DNA from: Vermamoeba vermiformis
Taxonomy: Eukaryota
Reading direction: 5' to 3'
NCBI GenBank assembly: GCA_045837725.1
Contig: JBEWZL010000121.1
Coordinates: 62,001-126,000, forward strand
DNA: 64,000 bases
Below the pieces are notes generated by a model. That model was not told where the DNA came from. It saw only the letters and a list, made by a program, of their open reading frames with translations, and did no database searches. Below are positions 26,758 to 39,249 of this stretch, piece by piece; position 1 is the stretch's first letter, and every line of letters begins with the position of its first letter. Made by a program: the position numbers and the translations under genes.

Positions 26758-26992
26758 GGTGTTCGTTCCAAACGAGTTAAACTTGAGGTTCGTCAAAATA
26801 CGTGTTCCTGAAAGGTCCTTCGTAAATGGGATATCAAAAGGGCAACATAAATATGACTTACATTGTTTACGTTCATTTTTCTTTGTAAAAACTCGTTCAA
26901 ATCGAGGATCCCTTTCATTGGAATTAAGACGAAATTTTTTTTTGAAATGCTTGCTCGACAAGCCAAAAATTCGGCAAATTAATTATTTTTTT

Positions 26993-28443
26993 TTATTTTT
27001 CATCATCGCTTTGAGAAATATCGTCAGTAGTAAAGATCGCATAAGCAGCTGTGAGCGGTGAAGTACTTGGTTCCGGATTCGTCAGCCACGGATGATTCAA
27101 CGCCTCTTCTAATGTCATTCTATCTTCTGGATTACGCTTTAATAGTCGCAAAATGAAATCTTTGGCCAGATCTGACAACTCGTTGTTCGGATCCTTGATC
27201 TCGTAACTTTGAAATTTTCTCATTTCGAACATTGCTCTCATCGGATGAATATCGTACAAGTATGTTCCAGTTAATAAGAACTTGGTCAATATGCCTTATT
27301 AATAATAATGTCAATTTCTCGCAAGATAATGGACTATTTCCAAAAAAGGAAATTGTACGTACCAAGCGAGAACAGATCCGAACTAACAGTCAACGTAGGA
27401 TTTTCATGGACTATATCCGGAGATAGCAAATGCCCAGGGTATATTATTGGCGCATATATTGCATACCAATTATGCATGTAGTTGGCGAGCTGCAAACAGA
27501 TCTAGATCCGAGATCCAAGTTAGATCCGAGTAAAAGCAATCAAAATATTAATAATAATATTCTTAAATATACCTTTCCATTTATAGATCGTTTCATGCCT
27601 AAATGAAGCGTGCCAAAACAAGTTACCAAGAATAAATTTCGTTCGTGCAAATATTTCATGGCGTGGATCACTTGCTGGATCAGCCGAACGATTAATTTTT
27701 CGTTATATTCTTCTGCTGGTATAGTACTGAAATAATCTAATAATGATTCATATTCATTATCGAATACCATGTAGAAATACTCTTCGTCTTCAAAATATTT
27801 TGTGGGTATTGCCAAATATGGACAATTGAACGTTACTATTTCGTTCATGAATTTACGAATGACCTCCATGGATTCCGCATAATAATGCTTGATTTTAGTT
27901 TGTACATAAAGGAAACTTAGATTCGCATCCACCTTAAAAAATCGTTACTGAAGAATTAAAAAATATAAATATTATATATTATTATATATTCGCACTTACT
28001 GAAGCTTTGTTAAATATGCCTATATATTTAGGTTCGCTGACTAAATATTTTTTGAGGTGTTCTATCGTTTGAACCAGATGCACCCCTCCACGAGTAAACA
28101 TTCGAAAATAATTGCCTAAAAATATTTTACTATGAGCCATGGTAAGATACTAAAGCAATCTTACCTTTAAAGTCCGCTACATAATTCTTTAACGTTGGCG
28201 GGATTTTTATTTCCCAATAAAATTCATTTCGAAGATTATTTAGCCATATCTTACATACAACACGACATCTAATAATTATTAGTAATTTTTACAACCAAAA
28301 TTTTAAAGATTAACTACTCACACAATCAGATCTGTTGGTGACAGATGTTGAACGACCAATAGTCTGAGCTCGTTTGGCCATCGATCATCACCAAAAAAAT
28401 CTAGCGCACTATTAGAATTTTTTTCGCTTTCGTGCTTCTCCAT
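26993..28443 (-). CDS. F-box-pseudokinase, tandem copy 1 (frame intact)
   Basis: MEKHESE...FFGDDRWPNELRLLVVQHLSPTDLIVCRVVCKIWL (F-box). CAMK-like kinase fold: KYFEDEEYFYMVFD, HAMKYLHERN, SDLFSLG, SDLAKDFILRLLKRNPEDRMTLEEALNHPWL. No HRD and no DFG. Confidence 0.85.
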
Positions 28444-28556
28444 TGTTGAGATTAAACAAAAACAGTATCGAAACTAAAAATCTGTGAAAACATTACACGT
28501 GTCAAACCTAAATGCTCTTTGTAACGATAATAAATATAAAATCTTTGGGGACTGAA

Positions 28557-29966
28557 TTATTCGTCATATTGAGCGACGAAACGGGTGTAAGCGGATCGAA
28601 GTGGTGGAAGTACTTTTTGGCTCTGGATTCGTCAGCCATGTATGATTCAACGCCTCTTCTAATGTCATTCTATCTTCTGGATTACGCTTCAATAATCGCA
28701 AAATGAAATCTTTGGCCAGATCTGACAGCTCGTTGTTGGGATCTTGGAACTCGTAATTTTCAAAGTTCCGTATTTTGTATAAAACTCGTCCAGGAAGACC
28801 ACTATATGGTGGCAAACCATTCAGTAGATAGAATACCAATGATCCTAAAGTAAAGATTGATCAGGAAAAGAGCTAAATGAATTTTCCTTTTACGGTAATT
28901 CGATCGCGTACCCAGCGTGAACAGATCCGATTTGAGATTAAGAGGGGATTTAGGACTTTTCAGTCTTTCAGGTGACACGTAAGGAATCAAGGAAGTTTGC
29001 GCGGCAATACTATACGTGTAATTGATGATCTGCAACTGGATCTGGATCAAGACAAGATTAGACAACACGCAAATTAAGAATGCTGCTTACATCACCATTA
29101 TGGTTCCGTTTGATACCAAAATCTACGCCACCAAAGTACGATATCAAACAGAAATTTCGTTCGTGCAAGTACTTGATCGCATGGATCAGCTGACGAACTA
29201 ATTTGACCACTAATTTCTCGCTGTATTCTTCTAGCGGTATACTTTTGATATACTTTTGCAGATCTTCAAACTGATTGTCAAAAACCAGGTAAAAATTCTC
29301 GTCGTCTTCGAAGTACTTTGTTGGAATTGCCAAATAAGGACAATCAAACTCCATTGCCTTGACAACAAATGCACGAATATCATTGAGATTATCCGCATTA
29401 TAATCCATCTTATTTGTTATTGTGTAGTGAAATCCCAGGTCCGTGTCGATCTGAAAAAATATTCAATAAAGACGATCTATTGACGCCTAATAAGATATCC
29501 TACATACCCTGCCTTGATATAATTCGATATATTGAACAAATTTCATGAATTGATCGTCGTCAAGCAAAAATTTTTCGAGATGGTCAACCGTTTGGATCAG
29601 ATGCACGCCTCCACGAACAAACAATCGGAAATTTATCCCTAAAAATATATTAATATTTAATTTTGTATAATTAGGCGTATTTTTACCATTGTAATCCAAA
29701 TTACAGTCCGATAAACTTGACGGGAATTTAATTTTCCAATATAATTCATTTTCAAGGCTATTTAGCCACAATTTACATACAACTCGGCACCTAATAATTA
29801 TAAATAATTAATAAAATTACAATTAGAAATTTTTGACGCACGTAAGCAGATCTTTTGGTGAGAGATAGTTTACAACTATGAGTTTAAGTTCATTCGGCCA
29901 TTGATCGCTGCCAAAAAAATTCAAAGCGCTAAATTCTTCATTTAGGTCGTCTATGGTGTTGTTCAT
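28557..29966 (-). CDS. F-box-pseudokinase, tandem copy 2 (+1 frameshift near C-terminus)
   Basis: MNNTIDD...FFGSDQWPNELKLIVVNYLSPKDLL...; same exon structure as copy 1; YVSPE...SDLFTLG. One extra C near 28605 shifts the last ~15 codons relative to the paralogs. Confidence 0.8.
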
Positions 29967-30068
29967 ATTGGAAAAATCAAAACAACAAAAACTACATCCG
30001 TTGTTTTGTTCTTGAGCATCGAAATAACATTATATTATGGACCTATAGTAAGCCTGAAGAACGTTTAT

Positions 30069-30491
30069 TCATTCGTCTTCGTCATCGGAAAAATCGTCAA
30101 ACTTGGCTGCGAGGTTAAAATAAGCAGTTCGAAGTGGCGTAGTTCCCGGATGTGGATTCGTCAGCCACGGATGATTCGATGCCTCTTCTAATGTCATTCT
30201 ATCTTCTGGTTTACGCTGAAGTAAGCGCTGAACAAAATCTTTGGCCAGATCTGAAACTTCATTTTCGGCGGCTTTAAAGTCGTAACCTTTAAATAGCCAC
30301 ATATAGCCCAAAAACCTTCTTAGATTTTCTTCCTGACACAAAGTGTGACCCTGAGAGCAGATAAAATGTCAAAGAACCTAAATAACAACTCGGTTAACAA
30401 GCAAGTTATAATAGCGGAATTTTCCTTTTATGGCAATTTCACAGCAAAAAATAAATCCCATCTTTTCCAAATTTTTATTTGGAAAATTTTA

Positions 30492-30522
<31 letters not shown>

Positions 30523-31669
30523 TGGGGGGGTATAAAAAAATATTTTTTTTTAAAAATTTTTTTCATTTACCTAGAGAAAACAGATCCGCTTGAAGAATAG
30601 GAGGGCCATTAACATTACTTGCTCTCTCTGGTGAGATGAAACGACACACATGGCTAGTTATCGTTCCGATGTTGACAGCACAACTGAGAACTTGCAACTG
30701 AATCTGGATTGAGGAGTAAGTAAGTTCGAAAAGACCGATATGGATACTACGACTAAAAAATTACTTACCTCACCGTCATAATTTCGTTTAATGCATAAAT
30801 CTACTCCACCAAGGGACGATATCAAACATAAATTTCGTTCGTGCAAGTACTTGATCGCGTGGATCAGCTGACGGACTAATTTGACCACTAATTTCTCGTT
30901 GTATTCTTCTACCGGTATTGAATTTAAATATACGCTAAGTTCTTGGAATTGATTGTCAAATACTATGTAGAAGCACTTTTCGTCTTCAAAATACTTTGTT
31001 GGCAGCACTAAATACGGACAGTCGAATTTCGTCGCCTCATTAACAAAGCCACGCACATCATCGTACGTCATTCATTGCAACGTACTCGATCTTCTTTGTC
31101 TTCGAATAAATAAAATCCTAAATCCGGATTGATCTGTTTTCAAAATTATTATCTCACGCTGGTGAACAAATTTCATCTATTACTAACCCGACTTGGATAT
31201 AAGTGAGCGGAACTAAGATATGCCAGCATAAGATCGTCATCGACTTGATATTTTTTGAGGTGTTCCAACGTTTGGAATCAGATGCACGCCACCACGAGTA
31301 AAAATTTGGTAATAATCGCCTAAAAATATATTAATAAGTCTTTATTCATATCAGCATTGAATATTACCTTTAAAGTCCGAAAAATAATCAGAAAAACTTG
31401 ACGGAATTTTACTCTTCCAATATAATTCATTGTTGAGGCTAAAACGCCATTTTTTGCATATAACACGACACCTAATTACAATTAGTAATTATTTGGATAA
31501 TATTTAAAGATAAAATACTCACACAATCAGATCTGTTGGTGACAGATGTTGAACGACCAATAGTCCGAGCTCGGTTGGCCATCGTTCATCGGTCAAAAAA
31601 ATCCAACGCGGTGTAACCTTGCGAATCTTCGCTAAAGCACTCTTTATAATCTCCTTCTCTCTTCTCCAT
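30069..31669 (-). pseudogene. F-box-pseudokinase, tandem copy 3 (frameshifted and garbled: pseudogene or low-quality sequence)
   Basis: MEKREGDY...ALDFF, then a +1 shift before ERWPTELGLLVVQHLSPTDL. Kinase exons 30658-31071 and 30069-30341 are homologous to the other copies. A homopolymer-rich stretch lies at about 30470-30570. Confidence 0.65.
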
Positions 31670-31938
31670 AACCAGAACGAAAAATATAAAAAGATTCTCT
31701 AGCCGTGACACTGACAGCTGTCGTTTTCAGTGAATGGCTCCAGATATCGTTTTTATTGTCACCTACATACATAAAACTATGGTTTAAATTGTTATGTACA
31801 ACGAGGTTAGGCAACAAAGGGCGAAACAGGAGAATTAACATTGTAGTAAGCGTTGTTAAAATCTTCCGCTTTTAGTTGTCAAGTACTACTGAGCCTGCCG
31901 TCATATTTTCATTGTATAGATCTATATAACGATAGTCT

Positions 31939-33358
31939 TTAATTATCACTTTCAGCATTATCATCAATAGTGAAGTTTGCATAGGCAGTTTTGAGCGGGG
32001 AAGTACTTGGCTCCGGATTCGTCAGCCACGGATGATTCAATGCCTCTTCTAATGTCAGTCTATCTTCTGGATTACGCTTTAACAATCGCATAACGAAGTC
32101 TTTGGCCAGATCCGAGATTTCGTTGTGCGGATCCTTGATCTCGTAACTTTTAAAGTGCGCAATTGAAAACATTATTCTCATCGGATGCTCATCGTATAAA
32201 GGCGATCCAGTTAATAGGTACAACGTCAAAGAACCTATAAAATAAGATCATCAGCTCGTTGACACGACAGTTTTTTCCTTTTATGGAAATTTCGTTCAAC
32301 GCACGTACCAAGAGAGAACAAATCAGAGCTTGTTTTGACTGAACCATGTTCCACTACGCTTTCAGGAGCCATAAAATGGCATAGTGGCACTAACGAACTG
32401 GCATACAAATTCACCGTGTAGTTTATGAGCTTCAATTGGATCTTGACACGTGTCATTCAAAAAAGTTTTCAAAAACTAATAGTATATTTACTTACCTCTC
32501 CACTATATGTTCGTGTAATGCCCATGTCAGTTCCACCAAAACGAGTGATCAAACAGAAATTTCGTTCGTGCAAATACTGGATCGCATGGATCAGCTGACG
32601 AACTAATTTGACCACTAGTTTCTCGTTGTATTCTTCTACTTGATATACTTTTGATATACTTTTGCAGATCTTCAAACTGATTGTCAAATACCACGTAAAA
32701 ATTCTCGTTGTCTTCGAAGTACTTTGTTGGAATTGCCAAATAAGGACAATCAAGCTCCATTGCCTTGTTCATGAACTCTTTTAATTCTTCCGCGTTATTT
32801 CTGCCGTAAAAGCGCTTGTTGGTTTCTACGTAATGGAAACCGAGATCCGCGTCGATCTGAAAAAAACGTTGAATAACGTATCCTTGGCACAAAATATGTC
32901 GGCAATAATACATACATGCGCTATATTAATATACCAAACAGATCTAAAATATTGAGCGCCACTTTTCGGATATTTTTTCAGGTGTTTTAATGTTTGAATC
33001 AGATGCACTCCACCACGAGTAAATAATCGGAGATAATTGCCTAGAAAATATTATTACATTGTAATATATTAATTATATACGCAGCTCACCATCGAAATCG
33101 ACTAAGGAATTTAATAAATCTTTTGGAATTTTAATTTTCCAAAATATTTCATTTTGCATCGACTTCAGCCAGTTCTTACATACTACTCGAACACTTGAAT
33201 ATTATTGTTAATATATAAACTATTTTTGGAGCAAGAATCTCCGTTATTTACTCACGCCATCAAATCCAACGGCGACAGATGCTGCACGACTAATAGTCTT
33301 TAATTCATTTGGCCAACATATTATCGCCAAATATATTTAAAACAAATGAATCTGTCAT
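31939..33358 (-). pseudogene. F-box-pseudokinase, tandem copy 4 (three +1 insertions: pseudogene or assembly error)
   Basis: MTDSFVLNIFGDN..WPNEL.LLVVQHLSPLDL; FMAPE...SDLFSLG; SDLAKDFVMRLLKRNPEDRLTLEEALNHPWL. Single-base insertions occur at about 33320, 33300 and 32640. Confidence 0.65.
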
Positions 33359-33487
33359 TATGTGGTTCCTTTCCTTCGCTGAATAAAATGCAATGGAATT
33401 ACTTGCACGAAACAATACAGTAAATCCGAAAATAATTTACAACAAAAACTTCGAAAAATGTATTTATTGAGTGTTTAATATGGAATA

Positions 33488-34983
33488 TTATAGGGCAATA
33501 GCGAAACCAATCAAGCCAACGATTGAAGCAAAGACTTGCGAGGCGCTCGAAACAGCTTTAGATCCGGGCATCTCAGGCACAGCTATCTCAGCAGAGACAA
33601 CGCATCCTTCAACATCAGTAACAGTTACTGTAGCTTTACCACCGAATGCAGAGTTCAAATCACCGCCAGAACTGAACTTCCAGGTGTAATTATAAGATCC
33701 ATAGCCGCCAGTCGTTTTGACACTCGGCAAAGTTCCGCTGTTATCAATAGTGAGGGATAAATTTGTTGAAGGCAATTTAAAGTTAAAACTAGTGCTGCGA
33801 GCGGCACAATCGGAGATTTGTCGTTGATACGAGATCTGACTTTCGCCATTCACAACGTCAGCCGTGAATTGCTGATTGGACAATGTAACAGGACTGCCGT
33901 TGAACGTGATTGAAATGTCGCCCTGAGCAATGAACGTGATGGCCATAGGTGTCGTGCAGTAAGTCGTCTGCGGATCCACAACTTGAAATTGTACGGCGCA
34001 CATGCCCCAATTAACGATGCTTTCCAAGGGCGTGGTGATGTTCGCGAAGATTTCGTCGGGCAAAAAGTTGATCTGACGAGCACCGTCGAGAGCGTCACTG
34101 AGGTTTCCCCATTGACCGAGAACAACCATGATGGTTCTAGCCTCACCAGCAGGAATAACGACGTCGTAATAAGTAAATGAAGTGTCGTCATTTCCGGTCA
34201 CAAAATCACCGGGCAATTTTGTAGGGAGGATTTGCGCGCCATAGCTAGCAGCGTTCACTGAAAATGGTGTGTCATCAACGCCGTTTGCACCATCAGAGCT
34301 GAAAATAAAATTAACCCAAGTTATTAAATATGATCATGAATCAAAATAAGAAATTATTAAGTAACTTACCTGACCCAGTAGTATTCGTTCAATTCATGAA
34401 ATTGAGTGCCCTCATCGGATCCGTAGTTTCCGCTGTAAGTCAATGAGATATTTACTGCGGATGTTCCAAAGTTACGCAGCGTATCGAGGACACGAATCCA
34501 CGTGCCTAAAATAGTACATTAGTATGACGTTAGAAAAATATTGTGAACAGGGAATTAATGTTACGAACAAAAAGAACCGAATGAATAATTGAATAATAAT
34601 TAGCTTTTCTTACTTGAACGAGGAGCGTAAAACTCGCGGAAGATCTGAATCGTGTCGGTGATATTGTAGGTGTAGCTAGCATATGAAGTCGAGTTCATAT
34701 CAGTCGTGCCAACATCGCAGTAGTAATCTACGGGAGATCCGTAAAAGTTGCTCATAGAATAGGTAACGTTATCGATGATCAAATCCAAGTAGAAGTAGTC
34801 GTCAAAAGTGTCGCTAGTACCGTCGCCAAAGTAATAGCCTCGCCAGTCCCAAGATTGCTCGCCATAGCCACCGCTCATGCCGTAGCCGTTGTAAAAATCG
34901 AAGGAATAGCTGTCGCAACTAGATTGTGATTGACAAGTGGCCAATGCTATAAAGCAAGCGAAGATTAATGCTTTAAATAGCAT
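33488..34983 (-). CDS. Secreted, probably GPI-anchored beta-rich surface glycoprotein with a SprB-repeat-like C-terminal module
   Basis: Signal peptide MLFKALIFACFIALATC; three exons; many NxS/T sites; TTGGYGSYNYTW...TVTVTDVEGC; hydrophobic C-terminus SSASQVFASIVGLIGFAIAL*. Confidence 0.8.
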
Positions 34984-36441
34984 CTTGATGAAGCGTGTTG
35001 TTGTTGTTGTTACGTTTGAGTTGAAATAAATGAACGGCAAGCCTATCGCTATTTAAGCCAAAACTATAATCTCGCTACGGAGATACATTACGCCAACAAA
35101 ACCAATCAATATCTTCGGCAGAATAACGGTTGTATCTTGTCGCTGAGATTACTAAAGCGTACACAAAGATGAAAATACGCACAAAAAAGTCTATTATTAT
35201 TGGACATCAATTTAACTTACCTTACGCGCCTAGTCTTGACTCGACGTATCAAGCTTCGATCAAACAGAATTGAGGTGTGGCTGGCTACAGCAATCTTTAT
35301 GAACTTTCGTTGATATTGTCTGACGAGTTGATTGCACTGTAATAGTAATAGATCGTCTATATGGATGCAATATGAACGAATGATTGGAGCCGAATGAGAC
35401 TCAAGTGAAGAAATGAGCGACTTGTAAATAAAATACATGCGGAAGAGGCGGAGCAATTCACAGGTGTGGCCGTTGATTTTCTTTGTATTTGATTTCGTTT
35501 TAACTTCGTAAGCAATAAATACTCCGTTCGAACGTTGAAAATAGCGTTGTCGTAGCTATTTTTCGATCATGCTTGAAATTGAGATCTGTCATAATGATTG
35601 TGATTTGTGAGACATCATCGGTGCTCAATTTTCGTTGTCCGTGACGAACGGGCTTAATTAGTCCGATGATGCATTGGAGCCACGGTGCGCTGAGCCGAAT
35701 AAAAAAGCTGTTAGATCTGTGGTAGAGACATCGCTATTAACGTATTTTTTACGTCTCTTCTAGAAAGGTCAGTTTGATTCAACGCCACTATAAGATGCCA
35801 TTTCGTACAACTTTTCGAATGCTGCATTGCCCGGATCAGCTGTCGACCCAATTTAGTGACCACGACTTCGCCAAACTGTTTGTCAGATTGAAATGTCGTT
35901 AGCGTCTTCGAAGTAGAAATTGAAATAAAACCGCTTCAGCTTCAACGTCAAGACAAGTAGATGCACAGAGCTATCAAGATTTTCGCGAGATTGTTTGCAT
36001 TATAAAACAAACAAACCCACATCCGAAGTCGTGGCAGTTCTTGAACTGGAGTCAATTCTCTGCAAGTAATATTTTAATATTTTGTGTATAATATTATGTT
36101 AGCTTACCAATTGACGAATACTTATAATCTAGTGCTTAGTCAGATTTTATTTTGTTTTTTTAAACAAAATCTGATCGCATCTTGGAAAATCAACTCTCGT
36201 CTCAGGGATAACCTCAATGCCAATTTCATTATTATCGATTGCTAGCAAGAATACGATTGATCAAATACTAGGTTTGTGGTGCTGATTGAGTAGGCAAAAA
36301 GAATATAAATTTAAAGCGTCCTTTTTGAATATTAAATCTTGCACCAAGTAGTCGTTCGAAAGAAGTGCTGATCGCTAATGCATATTTTTAGAGCTTCGAG
36401 ATCGGCTTAACTCGGGAAATAAGTTGGGTTTATTTACGTAT

Positions 36442-37370
36442 CTAAGCCAAAACAAGCACCGCAGTAGTGACGGAGATGAATCCAACAGCGATATTCGAAG
36501 CAGAAGATAGATTATTGGTTGGTGCTGAGGCGTCAGGAGTGGTGCTGGCAACGGGAGTGGCTTCAGGGACAGCGAGAGGAGTGGCTCCAGGTACAGCAAC
36601 GGGAGCGGTTCCGGGTACAGCGATGGGAGCGGCTCCAGGGACAGCGAGCGGAGTGGCTCCAGGTGCCGCAACTGGAGAATCAACAATTACAAAACCAGGG
36701 CACCTGACTATAGTGTCGTTTTTGAGATAAGACCAGCATTCGTTGGGATTGCACACGTTGGTTGTGGGATTGATATTCGATAGACATTCAGTGTAAGTAT
36801 TGTAGGTGATGATAGTTGTATCGCCTTGTGCAGCACAACCCGAAATCTTAAGGTAAATATCCAAACCTCGGGGAACCCACAAAGAGATACAAGTATCAAG
36901 TGGGACTTAACATAACCGTATTAGATTTTTCGAAATGCTATTATATATTAATTGCGCATACCAGCAAGATGATTTTCAGTTTTAGGGTTGCTGTTGCATG
37001 ACAAATCATTTGAGTTGGAGAAGAAAGTCATAAGAGCGAAATCCGCAGGAAGATTGGCTAGCGGATTAGATTCAACGCATCGTGCTGTGTAACTAAGATC
37101 TCCGACTCCTTGGCAGTCAACATCAAAGCAAACCTGCATCTGGGTTAACGATCGGATTTAATGTTTTCGTTGAACTTACTGGACCAAAATACAGAACATA
37201 ATACCAAACAAAAGAAGGAGTGCATTGAGTGCCATAGGAAAACTTAGCAGTCCAATATTGACCGGCTACCAAAGTAAAGGCGATCGATAAAACAAAGGCT
37301 TGGCAAATGATTCTCGCAAACTATTTGAAGAGCTTTAGTAAAGTCTTTACCAATACGATTGCTTTACCAT
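36442..37370 (-). CDS. Cys-rich GPI-type surface protein with AVPG/PVA repeat stalk, tandem copy A
   Basis: ATG-only first exon, then signal FARIICQAFVLSIAFTLVAG, a Cys-rich ectodomain, an (A/V)PG(A/T)xP repeat stalk and C-terminal SSASNIAVGFISVTTAVLVLA*. Confidence 0.8.
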
Positions 37371-37905
37371 TTGTGAGGTGTGTTGTTTATTTGTAACGAG
37401 CAAAGGTAAAAACTTTTGGTTCTCCGCAGCTTTACGTTTTGGTTCTCCGCAGTTTTACGTTCGATTTCTGACCAAAACACACATTCCGAAGTCGTGGCAG
37501 TTCTTGAATAGGAGTCGTCTATCTCCTTCGCTTCATGCAATTATGGAACACAAAGTCACGTATGGAATGAATGATAAAAATTTTTAGGCGTTCTGAATAT
37601 CCTCTTCAACCAACCGCTCGTAATTCTATGCAATTAATATTTTAATATTTTAATATAATATTATGTTACCTTACCAGTTGACGAAATTTTTAATAACCTA
37701 GTAGCTGGAATTTTAATTTTCAAAACTAGATCGCACCTTTTTTTTGTTAAATCAACTCTTGTCGCAGGGATATAACCTCAATGACAATTTCATCACTAAC
37801 AATTACTAGAAAAATCTAGCACCAGAGAGCATTGTACGTAAAAACCGTTTGAATGGACAATCGCTCGCTTAACTCGGGAAATAAGTTTAAGGTTTATTTA
37901 TGGAT

Positions 37906-38758
37906 CTAAGCCAAAACAAGCACCGCAGCAGTGACGGAGATGAATCCAACAGCGATATTCGAAGCAGAAGATGACCTCTTGGTGGGTGCTGAGGCGCCAG
38001 GAGTGGTGCTGGCAACGGGAGTGGCAACAGGAGCGGCCACGGGGACAGCGACGGGAGCGGCTACAGGGACAGCAACGGGAGCGAGGACTGGGCACGTGAT
38101 CTTAGCGTCGTATTGGGAAAAAGAGCAGCAATCGCCGGGATTGCACACTTCGGTTGTGGGATTGGTATTCGATCCACAATCGCTTAAAGTTTTGTAACTG
38201 GTGATAGTCGTATTGCCTTGTGCAGCACAACCCGAAATCTTATAGGTAGCCAAACCAGGCGTCTCGGTACAAGCACCAACTGGGGCTAAAAAAACCGTTA
38301 GTAAAATTACGATTAATAAAATAAAAATATATTATCTATTAATTGCGCGTACCACCAAAATAATAATCAGCTTGAGGCTTGCTAGTGCATGACAAATTGT
38401 TTGAGTCGTAGCTAGTCAGAAGAACGAAATCCGCAGGAAGAGAGGCTAGCGGATTAGATTCAAGGCATTCTGATGTTAAGTAATAGCCATCATTTGAAAG
38501 AGTGCAATTAGCTGCCTGGCAACTCTGCATCCAGGTTAAGGATCGGATTTAAGTTTTTTCGTTGAACTTACTGAACCACCATAGTAAGCAAAAAAATTAG
38601 TAGCAGAAGAGCATTGAGAGTCCGTAAAAAGCAATACGACCCTAAATTGACCAGCTACCAAAGTAAAGGCGATCGATAAAACAAAGGCTTGGCAAATGAT
38701 TTTCGCAAACTATTTGAAGAGCTTTAGTAAAGTCTTTACCAATACGATTGCTTACCAT
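37906..38758 (-). CDS. Cys-rich GPI-type surface protein with PVA repeat stalk, tandem copy B
   Basis: Same exon layout as copy A; APVAVPVAAPVAVPVAAPVATPVA stalk; C-terminal SSASNIAVGFISVTAAVLVLA*. Confidence 0.8.
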
Positions 38759-38927
38759 TTGTGAGGTTTGTTGTTTATAGTAACGAGCAAGGGAAAAACG
38801 GTTGGTTCAACGAAAAAAACATGTTTTTGCACTCCTTTTACGGATTCGGATTTGTAAACAAAACCTCGCGTGAATCTCGTTTTAGTATTAATTTTTAATT
38901 TTTTGCAATATATTCGGTTAACACACT

Positions 38928-39241
38928 ATGGATATGAATTCACACCCGACTGCCTATTTTCACGGATCGCAGTGTGTACCGAGATCTGACGAAGATGCAC
39001 AATTGCAAAGCTTTTGGTACCAATAATAATCATGTATCGTAGGAACATATTAACATATTTTTAATAGCCAAAGGATCCGAAAGCAAAGTTGTTACATTCC
39101 GGAAGTGATCCGTCCTCCAGTACAATTTATAAAAAAAAAAACAACTAATGAATTAATACGATTAAATAGGACTTTGGAATTACCCGACGCACCATTTTTT
39201 ACGCTTCGAACAGTTACATTCACCTATTTTTGGGGTCTTAA
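38928..39241 (+). CDS. Possible small 3-exon gene (~70 aa, unknown function)
   Basis: The frame stays open across two short GT-AG introns: MDMNSHPTAYFHGSQCVPRSDEDAQLQSFC-QRIRKQSCYIPEVIRPP-DFGITRRTIFYASNSYIHLFLGS*. No recognisable domain. Confidence 0.3.
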
Positions 39242-39249
39242 AGTTAGAT

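Larger units (their letters stand above)
36018..38795. repeat. Tandem segmental duplication, two ~1.4-kb units (about 36018-37410 and 37480-38795), each with one surface-protein gene plus downstream non-coding DNA
   Basis: Shared blocks: CCGAAGTCGTGGCAGTTCTTGAA (~36023, ~37486), AATCAACTCT..CAGGGATA..ACCTCAATG (~36188, ~37749), GCTTAACTCGGGAAATAAGTT, and a near-identical 5' region (37265-37385 vs 38653-38770). Confidence 0.85.

Noticed and set aside
30470-30570. Poly-T tract flanked by C and G runs as a terminator or retro-insertion tail
   Set aside because: It sits where paralogs have an ordinary intron, in a region rich in indels, so it is most likely low-quality sequence.
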